Source: Candidatus Latescibacterota bacterium
GTDB lineage: Bacteria > Latescibacterota > UBA2968
Assembly (NCBI GenBank): GCA_965208125.1
Contig: OZ242320.1
Coordinates: forward strand, 384,001 to 448,000
Direction of reading: 5' to 3'
DNA: 64,000 bases
The position numbers and the translations under genes are program-made. Shown piece by piece: positions 30,180 through 40,332 of the stretch. The notes under the pieces were generated by a model. The model made no database searches. It was not told where the DNA came from and saw only the letters and a program-made list of their open reading frames with translations. Every line of letters starts with the position of its first letter. The stretch's first letter is position 1.

Positions 30180-31244
30180 CTAAAGCCACGACCGCGGATC
30201 GGGAACGGACACCCATCCATTTTCGCGCACCGCCTGCAATCCCGCAATACCCGGCAGTGTCATATCCAGCGCCTGCATCAAATCTATCGGCGATCGCAAT
30301 CCATTCGCAATCGCCTGCACAAAATCCAAAACAATGAGCATACTCGTTTTGCCGTGCCCTGCACCGAGTGCGTCCGAAAACTGGGACAACTCGGGATGGC
30401 AACATACTTCTCGCGTTACCTGCTCTTTATTCCCCACCGAATAATAACACACCGTTCGGGCTTCGCGAAATCGCCCCGTCTCTAAAGAACCCTCATCGCC
30501 ATAAAAACTCAAAAAATGGCTCATCCCATGCACATTCTGAAACGAATTTGTCAACCTGAACACCGCGCCTTCTTCCGTTCGAAACAAAGCCGTCTGCACC
30601 CAATCTGCTTCATACCCCTCTAAAAATTCATCCCGCCCTGAAGCTGAAACAGCCATGACCTCAACCAGACGATCACCCGTCATATTCAAATACGGCGACG
30701 TCCCATGTGTCGGATAAAGAAGGGGTTGCAAACTATTCCGCCAGGTAGAACGCCCATCGGGATGTCGTCTCAACGCTTTTAGACCGTGAATATACTCGGC
30801 TTCAGCATAGTAAATACGCCCCAATTTCCGCGCTTCATAAAGCGACCTGGCACGCACCACACTGGGTTCATAGACCCAATTCTCAGCCATCATATAAATG
30901 CGGTCACTTTTTGAAACAACCTCAACCAATGCCTTTGCCTCATCCATAGTCAACGCAGCGGGCACAGCACACAAAACGTGCTTACCGGCCCGAATCGCTC
31001 GAATCACATGTTCTGCATGAAGTGGCGCGGGCGTAAAAATAGCCACCGCATCAATCCGTTCATCAGCGACAAAATCATCAAAAGCCGCATAACAAGCATC
31101 GACACCCAACTGATCTTTCGCCTCGTCCTGTCTCTCTTGTTGGATATCACAAATAGCGACCAACTCAGTTCCAGCATACGCATCAAACACCCGCGCCCAG
31201 GACATGCCAAATCGCAAACCAGCAACACCTACTGAGAGAGCCAT
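30180..31244 (-). CDS. Gfo/Idh/MocA oxidoreductase
   Basis: N-terminal Rossmann fold, HVIRAIRAGKHVLCAVP, YAEAEY, YPTH. Confidence 0.88.
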   Translation of the reverse strand: MALSVGVAGLRFGMSWARVFDAYAGTELVAICDIQQERQDEAKDQLGVDACYAAFDDFVADERIDAVAIFTPAPLHAEHVIRAIRAGKHVLCAVPAALTMDEAKALVEVVSKSDRIYMMAENWVYEPSVVRARSLYEARKLGRIYYAEAEYIHGLKALRRHPDGRSTWRNSLQPLLYPTHGTSPYLNMTGDRLVEVMAVSASGRDEFLEGYEADWVQTALFRTEEGAVFRLTNSFQNVHGMSHFLSFYGDEGSLETGRFREARTVCYYSVGNKEQVTREVCCHPELSQFSDALGAGHGKTSMLIVLDFVQAIANGLRSPIDLMQALDMTLPGIAGLQAVRENGWVSVPDPRSWL

Positions 31245-31259
31245 TTTACCTCACTCCAA

Positions 31260-32273
31260 TCATTCTCGACTCGCCGCGACCAAACCCTCCAACTTCTCCA
31301 ACGCCTTGCCCGAATCAATCACTTCAGCCGCGACCTGCACGCCTTCGTTCAAATCACGCGCCTTATCGCCCGCCACAATTGCCGCCGCCGCATTCAACAA
31401 AACAATATCGCGCCGAGGCCCTTCTTCGCCATTCAGAATCGACCGCGTAATCTCCGCATTATAATCGGCATCCCCGCCTTTTAGCGCGTCGGCTGGAGCC
31501 TGAGCCAGCCCAAAGTCCCCAGGTACTACATCATACGTCGAAACCGATCCATTTTTTAATTCACTCACCCTCGTCGGCCCCGTCAGCGTCATCTCATCTA
31601 AACCATCCGAACCGTGAACCACAAACGTCCGCTCCGCTCCCAGAGTCCCCAAAACACTCGCGAGTGTCTCAGTCAATGCCGCGCTGTACACGCCGATCAC
31701 CTGCCGCTTTGCGCCAGCCGGATTGGTCAGCGGCCCCAGCGCATTGAAAATGGTCCGCGCACCAATTTCCCGACGCGGCCCAATCGCGTATTTCATCGCC
31801 CCGTGTAACGAAATAGCAAACAAAAACCCAATCCCCACATCGTCCAGACACCTGCTCACCGTCTCGGGCGACGCCTCAATATTCACACCCAATGCACTCA
31901 GCACATCCGCGCTACCGCTTTGACTCGTCGCCGCGCGATTGCCGTGTTTGGCCACACACAAACCCGCCCCAGCCGCGACAAATGCCGCCGTCGTCGAAAT
32001 ATTAAACGTGCCCGAATGATCGCCCCCCGTGCCACAAGTATCGACAATCACATCGTGCTTTGTCACAATAGGCGTTGCCTTCTCGCGCATCACAGACGCG
32101 GCCCCGGCAATCTCATCAACACTCTCCCCCTTCACGCGCAACGCAATCAAAAGCGCGCCGATCTGCGCATCTGTCGCCTCGCCCGACATAATCTGATTCA
32201 TCGCATCTGTCATCTCACCCCGGCTCAAATCTTCGCCTTCGATCACTTTTGCAATCGCCTCTTGTATGTTCAT
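31260..32273 (-). CDS. trpD: Anthranilate phosphoribosyltransferase
   Basis: [26 protein letters not shown]. Confidence 0.98.
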   Translation of the reverse strand: MNIQEAIAKVIEGEDLSRGEMTDAMNQIMSGEATDAQIGALLIALRVKGESVDEIAGAASVMREKATPIVTKHDVIVDTCGTGGDHSGTFNISTTAAFVAAGAGLCVAKHGNRAATSQSGSADVLSALGVNIEASPETVSRCLDDVGIGFLFAISLHGAMKYAIGPRREIGARTIFNALGPLTNPAGAKRQVIGVYSAALTETLASVLGTLGAERTFVVHGSDGLDEMTLTGPTRVSELKNGSVSTYDVVPGDFGLAQAPADALKGGDADYNAEITRSILNGEEGPRRDIVLLNAAAAIVAGDKARDLNEGVQVAAEVIDSGKALEKLEGLVAASRE

Positions 32274-32309
32274 ACTCATCTCCTCGGTCAAAAAAATTTG
32301 AGGATAAGC

Positions 32310-32873
32310 TCACGCATTGAGAAAATTTTGCAGCAAATTCTTACCTTCACCCGTCAAAATCGATTCTGGGTGAAACTGCACGCCATCTACAGCCATATCT
32401 CGATGGCGCAAGCCCATAATCACGCCATCATCGGTCTCTGCCATAATTTCCAGACAATCGGGAAGGCTGTCTCTCTCCACTATCAAAGAGTGATAGCGCG
32501 TGGCAATAAACGGCTCAGGTAATCCCTGAAAAATAGACTCTCCGCTATGATGAATCTCCGACACCTTCCCGTGCATAATCGTCGGCGCGCCCACAATTTT
32601 CCCACCAAACGCCTGTCCAATAGATTGATGTCCCAAACAAACCCCTAAAATTGGAATTTTTCCTGCAAAATGCTGTACCAGAGCCACGGAAATCCCCGCT
32701 TCGTTTGGCGTGCACGGCCCCGGAGAAATCACGATCTTCTCGGGCGCAATATCCGCAATCTCTTCGAGGGAGATCTGATCATTGCGATATACCACCAGAT
32801 CCGCACCCAGTTCGCCGAGATATTGAACGAGGTTATAAGTAAAAGAATCGTAATTATCAATGACGAGAATCAC
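32310..32873 (-). CDS. trpG: Anthranilate synthase component II
   Basis: [27 protein letters not shown]. Confidence 0.96.
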   Translation of the reverse strand: MILVIDNYDSFTYNLVQYLGELGADLVVYRNDQISLEEIADIAPEKIVISPGPCTPNEAGISVALVQHFAGKIPILGVCLGHQSIGQAFGGKIVGAPTIMHGKVSEIHHSGESIFQGLPEPFIATRYHSLIVERDSLPDCLEIMAETDDGVIMGLRHRDMAVDGVQFHPESILTGEGKNLLQNFLNA

Positions 32874-34345
32874 AACAACTCTCCTCCCTCAGCCATTTCT
32901 ACCGCCCGAAACAATGCTCGTGCTTTGTTCACGGTCTCCTGATATTCGTATTCAGGCTCGGAATCGAACACCACGCCACCCCCTGCCTGCACATACGCTT
33001 TGCCATCCTTAATCACCATCGTGCGAATGGCAATGCACGTATCCATATTGCCCGCAAAATCGATATAACCCACCGCACCGGCATAAGGCCCGCGGCGCGT
33101 TGGCTCCATCTCGTCGATAATCTCCATCGCTCGAATCTTCGGTGCGCCCGACACTGTACCAGCCGGATAACAGGCAAAAAGCGCATCCAGCGCATCGACA
33201 CCCTCGTGCAATTCGCCGCGCACATTCGAAACGATATGCATCACATGTGAATAGCGTTCAATCGTCATCTGCTCGGTCACGCGCACCGTATCAAACTTTG
33301 AGACGCGCCCCACATCATTGCGCCCCAAATCCACCAGCATAATATGCTCGGCGCATTCTTTTTCATCGGCCAACAACTCCTGTGACAGTACCTGATCCTC
33401 TGCCTCTGTTTTGCCGCGCCACCGCGTCCCTGCAATGGGGCGCACCTGCACCACGCCATCCTCTACCCTGACGAGCAACTCGGGCGACGCGCCCACGAGT
33501 TGATGATCTTTTAAATCGACGTGAAACATATAAGGCGACGGATTCACTGTCCGCAACGCCCGATAAATATCCAGCGCATCCACCGTCACATCCATTGCAA
33601 AGCGCTGTGAAGGCACCACCTGAAAAATATCACCTGCCACGATGTATTCCCTACAATGCGCCACCACATCCATATACGCTTCTTTGCTCGTATTTGAAGT
33701 CACCTCGCACGAACTCGTTCCAGGCTTCAGGGATGCATCCACCGGTTGCGCCAGTGTCTCGATAAGTGCATCGATCCGCTTGACTGCATCTGCGTAATTT
33801 GCCTCCAGATCGCCCTCTGTATGCACATTGGCCATCACATGCACTTTGTGCGTCACATTGTCAAACGCCAGCACCGAATCGTAAAAGGAAAAAAATATAT
33901 CGTCAAAATCGAGATCGTCTTCAACTGTCTCGGGAATGCGCTCAATCAAACGCACGGCATCGTAGCTCACATAGCCTACAGCACCACCTGTAAATCGAGG
34001 AAACCCCTCCACATGTTGCGAATGATATTTTTTTAACAACCCCCGCAATACCTCAATAGGCTCCCCTTCAAATATTCGCAGTTCACCCGTCGTCGCATGT
34101 TCAACAAAAATTTTTGTTCCGCGCGAACGAAAAACCAAAAACGGATCCACGCCCAAAAACGAATACCGCCCAATTTGCTCGCCGCCCACCACGCTTTCAA
34201 ACAAAAACGCATGAGACGACTTTGCGCGAATTTTCAAATAGGCCGAAACGGGCGTCTCTGTATCCGCGAGAATTTCTCTTGAAATGGGAACGAGACCACA
34301 GCCTTTGCTCAACTTCTCGACAGTTTTGAGATCGGGTTGAATCAC
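32870..34345 (-). CDS. trpE: Anthranilate synthase component I
   Basis: [36 protein letters not shown]; GTG start. Confidence 0.97.
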   Translation of the reverse strand: MIQPDLKTVEKLSKGCGLVPISREILADTETPVSAYLKIRAKSSHAFLFESVVGGEQIGRYSFLGVDPFLVFRSRGTKIFVEHATTGELRIFEGEPIEVLRGLLKKYHSQHVEGFPRFTGGAVGYVSYDAVRLIERIPETVEDDLDFDDIFFSFYDSVLAFDNVTHKVHVMANVHTEGDLEANYADAVKRIDALIETLAQPVDASLKPGTSSCEVTSNTSKEAYMDVVAHCREYIVAGDIFQVVPSQRFAMDVTVDALDIYRALRTVNPSPYMFHVDLKDHQLVGASPELLVRVEDGVVQVRPIAGTRWRGKTEAEDQVLSQELLADEKECAEHIMLVDLGRNDVGRVSKFDTVRVTEQMTIERYSHVMHIVSNVRGELHEGVDALDALFACYPAGTVSGAPKIRAMEIIDEMEPTRRGPYAGAVGYIDFAGNMDTCIAIRTMVIKDGKAYVQAGGGVVFDSEPEYEYQETVNKARALFRAVEMAEGGELL

Positions 34346-34357
34346 TGGAAAATCCTT

Positions 34358-34397
34358 AAAAAAAATAAAAAGGTCGTGAGCAGTTTGCCCACGACCT
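34358..34397 (-). terminator. Intrinsic attenuator terminator upstream of trpE
   Basis: Minus strand AGGTCGTGGGCA-AAC-TGCTCACGACCT followed by TTTTATTTTTTTT. Confidence 0.92.
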
Positions 34398-34423
34398 CGT
34401 ACTTTTATTCTCTTACATCACAC

Positions 34424-34528
34424 TTAAAACGCAGGACAAACCACACTCTTGGACGGGCGGCGATAATAATAATATCGGCCGTCAAATCGACGCCAAAAAT
34501 ACCAGAAGTAGGATGTCAAAACGTTCAT
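34424..34528 (-). CDS. Aromatic amino-acid attenuator leader peptide (34 aa, MNVLTSYFWYFWRRFDGRYYYYRRPSKSVVCPAF)
   Basis: Hand-translated from ATG 34528 to TAA 34424; 6 Tyr, 4 Phe, 2 Trp; lies directly upstream of the terminator; below the ORF-track length cutoff. Confidence 0.88.
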   Translation of the reverse strand: MNVLTSYFWYFWRRFDGRYYYYRRPSKSVVCPAF

Positions 34529-34567
34529 TTTAGAGTCCAATTTTCAGTTAAAACAGACACAACGTTA

Positions 34568-34795
34568 TTAGACAAGTTCTTCAGCCGGGATAGTTCTTAA
34601 AAGGGTTTTCATCACTTTTTTTGCATTAAAGATATCAACCAGATAAACCTGATCGTCTTTAAATTCAACAGTAAAACCATCGCCTTCGATCACCTGATCA
34701 GATACACCTCGCATATCTCGCCGAAAAAAAAGAATATTTCCGGTTTCAGGATCGATCTTTTTTTCAAAGAGTTCAGGTCTAAAATTTAAATCCAT
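34568..34795 (-). CDS. Small DUF2283-like putative antitoxin
   Basis: 75 aa, VEF..VYLVDIFNAKK pattern; overlaps its upstream partner. Confidence 0.55.
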   Translation of the reverse strand: MDLNFRPELFEKKIDPETGNILFFRRDMRGVSDQVIEGDGFTVEFKDDQVYLVDIFNAKKVMKTLLRTIPAEELV

Positions 34796-35031
34796 CTTTT
34801 TGTCTTCTGTCGGTTGTCAATAGTTTTTTGATCTGTTCGATAAATTGTAATAAGATTTTTATTGTCCGGATCAATGACAAGAACGAATAGTATGCCCGTA
34901 ATGCGAATGATTTTGATATCGGTGCTTTGAGTTTTGTCGTAGAAGGTGTGTATTGAACTGCTTTTTGTTACAGCATCTGGATCAATTTCATAAAGTTTAA
35001 GTTTATCGAGAGCGTGTTGAGTAAAATTCAT
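34786..35031 (-). CDS. Small DUF4258-like putative RelE-fold toxin
   Basis: FTQHAL start, LITIY, RW C-terminus; AT-rich. Confidence 0.6.
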   Translation of the reverse strand: MNFTQHALDKLKLYEIDPDAVTKSSSIHTFYDKTQSTDIKIIRITGILFVLVIDPDNKNLITIYRTDQKTIDNRQKTKRWI

Positions 35032-35045
35032 TATCGAATGCGCCA

Positions 35046-35075
35046 AAGATAACAAATTCTAAAACAAATTGTCAA
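35046..35075 (-). promoter_or_regulatory. Sigma70-type promoter for the toxin-antitoxin pair
   Basis: TTGACA-18 nt-TATCTT with extended TG; AACAAATT direct repeat overlapping the spacer. Confidence 0.55.
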
Positions 35076-35084
35076 GAAGGAAGT

Positions 35085-35855
35085 TTATTCATGACCGTCA
35101 ATCGTGCCCACCTCAATTTTCAACTCATCGCGGTCAATAATGCGATCTACACGGCCATCGCGCACCCACACCACGCGGTCGGATACCGACAGCATCTTGT
35201 GATCGTGCGTCGCTGAAATCACGGTCACGCCCGACTCCTCGTTCATCTGGCGCAACAGTTCAATAATCTCCCGCCCCGTATTCAAATCGAGATTCCCAGT
35301 AGGTTCGTCAGCCAGAATGATCGCTGGATCGTTGGCAAAAGCCCGCGCAACAGCCACGCGCTGCTGCTGACCACCTGAAAGCTCAAAAGGCTTGTGCATC
35401 ACGCGTTCGCCCAGACCGACCTGTGTCAACAATTCTACACCCTTGTCGCGTGCCTCGTCGCTCGTCAGCCCGGCAAACACCATCGGCAGGGTCACATTCT
35501 CAAGCGCCGTCATCACCGGAATCAAATTATATGATTGAAAAATATAACCGATCTTCCGACAGCGCAACCATGCGAGTTCATAAGCGTCGAGTTGGGCCAC
35601 ATCGACATCGTCGATGTAAACTTTGCCCTCGGTCGGTTTGTCCAATCCCCCCACCATATTAAATAGAGTACTCTTCCCCGACCCAGAAGGTCCCATGATA
35701 GACAGATATTCGCCCTGCGTTACCTCCAGATCCACACCTTTGAGCGCGTGAATCTGCTCTTCGCCCATTATATACACCTTTTTCACATCCTGCGTGCGTA
35801 CAACTGTTGCCTCTTCGGCCTCTGCATTTGTTTCTGTTTTCTCTTCGGCAGCCAT
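35085..35855 (-). CDS. ABC transporter ATP-binding protein (LolD/MacB-like)
   Basis: GPSGSGKST, LSGGQQQR, ADEPTGNLD. Confidence 0.93.
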   Translation of the reverse strand: MAAEEKTETNAEAEEATVVRTQDVKKVYIMGEEQIHALKGVDLEVTQGEYLSIMGPSGSGKSTLFNMVGGLDKPTEGKVYIDDVDVAQLDAYELAWLRCRKIGYIFQSYNLIPVMTALENVTLPMVFAGLTSDEARDKGVELLTQVGLGERVMHKPFELSGGQQQRVAVARAFANDPAIILADEPTGNLDLNTGREIIELLRQMNEESGVTVISATHDHKMLSVSDRVVWVRDGRVDRIIDRDELKIEVGTIDGHE

Positions 35856-35881
35856 AAAACACCTCACAATCGGTTTGTCAT

Positions 35882-36553
35882 TTAAACTTCCAACGACATC
35901 GCATCGACCGGCTCCATCTTGGCAGCGCGATAGGCCGGCAAAATACCGCCAATCAGCGACAAAACAGAACCAATAACAATAGCTTTAATACCATCTTCAA
36001 GAATTTGAGCCAGAGGAAGGTGATCGAAAATCACCGTACCAAAACTCGACATATTGAGCAATGCAGTCAGCAAAAACCCAATGACCACGCCAATGACCGT
36101 GCCTGCAGTACCCATAAACGTCGATTCGAGAATAAACAGCTTAATAATAAATCCGTCCAATGCGCCCATACACTTCATGGTGCCAATCTCGCGGAACCGC
36201 TCGGTAACAGACATCAGCATAGCATTGGCAATACCCACCAAACACACGAGCAGTGACAACACCACCAGCCATGCATCCTTTGACCGTTGCTGCATTGCGG
36301 CGGCACTGTCGGGATCAATTTCAACGCCCTTTTGCTGCAAGATCAAGTTAATCTTGGGATCGCTGGCAGCCATCAAACCGTCAATAATGGCATTGCCTGC
36401 CCAAATCGACATTAAAAAAGCGATAGCAAGCACAATGCCACTCACCGTAATCAAAGACCGACCAAATCGGATCTTAACGCTATTAAAGCTGATCTCAACA
36501 GCTTTGGAAAGCGGAAGAGATATCTGGGTATTGAGTTCGTGCTGCTCTGCCAT
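35882..36553 (-). CDS. FtsX-like ABC permease (minimal periplasmic domain)
   Basis: GIANAMLMSVTERFREIGTMKCMGA, PAYRAAKMEPVDA. Confidence 0.9.
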   Translation of the reverse strand: MAEQHELNTQISLPLSKAVEISFNSVKIRFGRSLITVSGIVLAIAFLMSIWAGNAIIDGLMAASDPKINLILQQKGVEIDPDSAAAMQQRSKDAWLVVLSLLVCLVGIANAMLMSVTERFREIGTMKCMGALDGFIIKLFILESTFMGTAGTVIGVVIGFLLTALLNMSSFGTVIFDHLPLAQILEDGIKAIVIGSVLSLIGGILPAYRAAKMEPVDAMSLEV

Positions 36554-36594
36554 AAACGCCTCCAGTAACAAAAAAATTGCACAAATCAATGCTC

Positions 36595-36623
36595 AACATA
36601 AAAGCCAATTGCCCCTCTGTCAA
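36595..36623 (-). promoter_or_regulatory. Sigma70-type promoter
   Basis: TTGACA-17 nt-TATGTT, 42 nt upstream of the permease start. Confidence 0.6.
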
Positions 36624-36638
36624 GCCAAAATACCAGAC

Positions 36639-37358
36639 TTATTTATTTTTGGCGTTGGTCTTTTTTCTCAAAAAATAGAATGTCAACAATTGCTTGAGAA
36701 ACAAATAGTACTCAGTCCAGTTCAATTTGCTGCTGCTGTGTTGCCGGTTGCGAAACACGAAGGGCACCTCCATAAAAGACTTATATTGCCCCTTGACCAG
36801 AATCTCCAGCAAAATTTTATACCCCGGCGAAGTCAATACCAGGTCTTTAATGACGCGCCGATGCAAGAAAAAATAGCCCGCCAGTGGGTCTTGTACACCG
36901 GTTAATTGCCGGGCGAGAAATACCCCCAATTGAGAAATAATCCTGCGGTACCAGGCCCATTGTTCGACGTGGCTCTCCGAATCAAATCGGCTGCCAATAG
37001 CCAGATCGTGATTTCGCAACCCGTAAATGAGTTGAGGCAAAACAATGGGGTCGTGGCTCAAATCGGCATCCATCACCCCCAAAAGATCTCGCTCTGCCCG
37101 CTCAAAACCGGCCATCACAGCACTGCCCAACCCCAATTTACCGGCGCGGTGAATCACCTGCACTGGATACCGACCCACGAGTGATTCGGCCACCTCACCC
37201 GTACCATCGGGAGAATTGTCATCAACCACAATCAATTCGAGGTCGATGTCGGAATAGTCTTTCAGGACATCGAATATTTCTTCGACCAGCAAGGAAATAT
37301 TCTCGCGCTCGTTATAGGTGGGCGTAATCAGAGAAATGCGGAGTGTACTATCAGACAT
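36639..37358 (-). CDS. Polyprenol-phosphate mannose synthase-like GT2
   Basis: PTYNERENI, DDNSPDGT, GKLGLGSA, MDADLSHDP. Confidence 0.9.
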   Translation of the reverse strand: MSDSTLRISLITPTYNERENISLLVEEIFDVLKDYSDIDLELIVVDDNSPDGTGEVAESLVGRYPVQVIHRAGKLGLGSAVMAGFERAERDLLGVMDADLSHDPIVLPQLIYGLRNHDLAIGSRFDSESHVEQWAWYRRIISQLGVFLARQLTGVQDPLAGYFFLHRRVIKDLVLTSPGYKILLEILVKGQYKSFMEVPFVFRNRQHSSSKLNWTEYYLFLKQLLTFYFLRKKTNAKNK

Positions 37359-38247
37359 AGGTATTGGCGATCTTTTGGAAAACGCCCTTTAATTGCCCCA
37401 AATTATGCTCAAAAGAGGCAGGCGCAATATCACATAATGTCCTGGCAAGTTCTATTGTCAACCCGGCTCGCAGCGGACGCTGTGCGGCCCGCCCAAATTC
37501 TGCAGACGTTACGGCAGACACCAGCGAAAGGTCAAGCCCCATAACCACACAAACCCGCTCGACCATTTCAAAGCGCGTCAAAAAATCTGTCCCACCAAAA
37601 TGCACCACACCGCGAAAGTCCGTGCGACACAATTTTAATATAAATGCGGCGAGTTCATCGACAAAAGTCGGATTCGTCCACTCGTCTGTCACCACGCGAA
37701 TCGCCTCGCGGCCCGCCAGCGATGAAATGGCCCAGGTCACAAAATTGGGCCGACAAGACGGGCGAAAACCGTACAACACCGCCGTTCGTACCACAATGCC
37801 GGGACAATGTGCATTCAACAGAATAACTTCGCTTTCTAACTTGGTCTGTCCATACACGTTCACCGGATGTGCTTCATCGCCCTCGGCATAAGGTCCCTTC
37901 TCTCCATCAAACACATAATTGGTCGATAAGTTCACCAGACCACATCCAATCCGTTCACACGCTTGAACCAAATTGCGCGTTCCATCGACGTGTATCGCAC
38001 GTGCAAGCGCGGGATTTCGCTCACATCCATCAACGCTTGTCATAGCTGCTGAATTGATCACCCACCTCGGGCGCACCTGCGCTACCACCTCGTGAACCAA
38101 ATCGGGCCGTGTCAAATCTACGACGAGATGTCCCTTTTGACCGCTACGCGACGCAGGTACTCGCTCCCAATCATCGCAGGATGCATCGCAAAGCGCGTGC
38201 CCTAAAAAGCCCGATGCGCCGACAATGAGCAATCGATTATTAGCCAT
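37351..38247 (-). CDS. dTDP-4-dehydrorhamnose reductase (RmlD)-like SDR
   Basis: GASGFLG, STNYVFDG, YGQTK; start reset to MANNRL. Confidence 0.85.
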   Translation of the reverse strand: MANNRLLIVGASGFLGHALCDASCDDWERVPASRSGQKGHLVVDLTRPDLVHEVVAQVRPRWVINSAAMTSVDGCERNPALARAIHVDGTRNLVQACERIGCGLVNLSTNYVFDGEKGPYAEGDEAHPVNVYGQTKLESEVILLNAHCPGIVVRTAVLYGFRPSCRPNFVTWAISSLAGREAIRVVTDEWTNPTFVDELAAFILKLCRTDFRGVVHFGGTDFLTRFEMVERVCVVMGLDLSLVSAVTSAEFGRAAQRPLRAGLTIELARTLCDIAPASFEHNLGQLKGVFQKIANTYV

Positions 38248-39707
38248 TAGTTTTCGCTTTCCCGCACAAATAATGCCAATCCGCGATTCAGCGCACCAGC
38301 ATATCCAATACGATCTATATTGGGTCCAATCAGAGCCGTCAAAATTGTCTCTGCCCGATCTCGATAATGCGGCTTTTTCGTATGCACAAAAAGCCGCATT
38401 AAAACCTGCGCCGCCACACCATTTCCCGAAGGCAACCACCGATCAATAGCGGGCGAGAGCGCCTCATCGGTCTCGGGGATTCGGTCTCTCAAAGCGCCCG
38501 AAGAATCGGCAAAAGCTGTCATAACCCGATCGGCATGCGCCCGCGCAAATAACAAATCTGCCCGGCGTTCTTGCACCTCAAACAAATCGAGGGCAGCGCG
38601 AATGATTAAAACTTGATCCAGCAAAAAATGGGGTGTTATCAGAGATCCCGCGTGGGCAAACAGGCTATCTTCCTGCACAAAGCGCGTCTTAACCGCTTCA
38701 AAAATTCGCCGCCCAGCATCTAAAAAACGCGCCTCGCGAGTTTCGAGAAACGCCGCGCACAAGCCCGAAACTGCCAGTGCATTCCAGCCCGAATAAACCT
38801 CTGCATCCCGCAATATATTTCCCGCCTGATCTCGAAAACCCGTCAGCCCGGCCCCCAGTAAAACATCTCCAGATAAGGCAAACTGTTCGAGCACTGCATC
38901 AGCCAGATCGCGGGACAAATTTACCTGTGCAAATGCCCGCAATAATTGAGCATTGACCGCCATGTGTTTTTCTGCATCAATCACAGGCCCGCGATCTGTT
39001 AATACCCCCAACACATAAACGCCATCTGTATCGCGTCGTGCGCTGTGTGCAAAATTGATCAAAGGCGAATCAATACCCGCTTCTGCAAGTGCGAGAAGAC
39101 CTTCCGGACCTGGATCAAAACCGCTTTTTACCACCGATTTCAAACTATCGCGCACGCGGTGCAAAAGCGCTGTGCTGGGATTGATACGAGGGCGCGGATT
39201 TTTCTTTTTATCGCGTACTGCTCGCCGCTTCAACTCTGCCCGCTGCACCTCGAGCCTGACGAGTCTATCGGGGTTATCGTACAAAATTTGCACCCACCGC
39301 AACAGGTCTGTCATATCCTCGGGATCGAGATAGGTGCTACCCGTAATCCACTGTCCATCGGGCGTTAAAAAAGAGAGAGATGGAATCCCGCCCAGACCAA
39401 AACGCTCAAACAAATCGGGCCGTTGATCGGCATCAACCCATATTGGCAGAGTGTAACGGGCAATCGCCCGCGCAATTTCTGAATCTTCAAAACACCGCGC
39501 TACCAGATCGCGGCACCAAACCGACCGTTGCGTGTACAAAAACAATAAAATGGGGCGCCCGAGTATTCGGGCAGAATCTCTTTGGCTCCATGTTCGCCAG
39601 CTTATTCTTCCACCATCCAACGCCGTTACATCTAATTTTGTCGCCTCATCTCCCCCGACACATGCTAAAAACCCCAACACGAGCGCGATCCAGATATTTT
39701 GCCGCAT
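38247..39707 (-). CDS. DUF255/YyaL (SPATA20)-like thioredoxin plus alpha-toroid protein, predicted lipoprotein
   Basis: LGFLAC lipobox, ISWRTW, WC, RPDL, WNAL, PSGNGVAA. Confidence 0.75.
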   Translation of the reverse strand: MRQNIWIALVLGFLACVGGDEATKLDVTALDGGRISWRTWSQRDSARILGRPILLFLYTQRSVWCRDLVARCFEDSEIARAIARYTLPIWVDADQRPDLFERFGLGGIPSLSFLTPDGQWITGSTYLDPEDMTDLLRWVQILYDNPDRLVRLEVQRAELKRRAVRDKKKNPRPRINPSTALLHRVRDSLKSVVKSGFDPGPEGLLALAEAGIDSPLINFAHSARRDTDGVYVLGVLTDRGPVIDAEKHMAVNAQLLRAFAQVNLSRDLADAVLEQFALSGDVLLGAGLTGFRDQAGNILRDAEVYSGWNALAVSGLCAAFLETREARFLDAGRRIFEAVKTRFVQEDSLFAHAGSLITPHFLLDQVLIIRAALDLFEVQERRADLLFARAHADRVMTAFADSSGALRDRIPETDEALSPAIDRWLPSGNGVAAQVLMRLFVHTKKPHYRDRAETILTALIGPNIDRIGYAGALNRGLALFVRESEN

Positions 39708-39853
39708 AACGACCTGCGTGTGACCAGTATTGATAATGTTTCTAAAAAATGTGGAACTCGCTGCTTGGGAAAACGTATAAACCGTTCAAAAAAGGCTTGA
39801 CACATGGGAAGGATTTGCTGAAGTTTTAAAATACTTCAGAAACGGGACAAAGC

Positions 39854-40117
39854 CTATTGAGACGCGAATTTTTCTATTGGAATAGCTTCGTCGATCAACA
39901 TAATGGGAATCGCGTCCTGAATGGGATATAAAAAGACGTGATCTTCGCGCACCAGGCCCCCATCAATTGGCTGTGCAATTTTTTGCCCGCCCCGGTTTTT
40001 AACCTCGCCTTTTGCAATCGCGCGGTTGATGGTGTCAATCAGCGGTTGATCGGCCAATTTCACGGGCGTTTTGTTCTCTGGACAGGCCAAAATATCGAGT
40101 AGGTCTTGATCAATCAC
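39854..40117 (-). CDS. Trm112/YcaR-like protein
   Basis: LLDILACP and YPIQDAIPIML. Confidence 0.85.
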   Translation of the reverse strand: MIDQDLLDILACPENKTPVKLADQPLIDTINRAIAKGEVKNRGGQKIAQPIDGGLVREDHVFLYPIQDAIPIMLIDEAIPIEKFASQ

Positions 40118-40332
40118 AGTTCTTCCCTTTCATCAATCAAAAATTCGTGACCTGAAAATAGGCAACACGCGAGTCTCAAACAAGCGGTTTTTTTGATCTT
40201 ATCTCACCATTAATCAGGGAATTTGTCTATCGCATCACCGCTAAAGCGCTGTTTTTTCTCAGTAAAATCCCATCGGTCACTTGTCCGATATCCGAGATGT
40301 GTCTGCTTTAGCGCGCGATGTTAGAATGCCCC

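Noticed and set aside
34350-34560. T-box riboswitch or TRAP site upstream of trpE
   Set aside because: No T-box consensus or (G/U)AG repeat series was seen; the leader peptide and antiterminator explain the region.
39818-39839. Inverted repeat CTGAAGT-N8-ACTTCAG
   Set aside because: Could be a weak terminator or an operator, but it is a single instance without a U-tract or other support.
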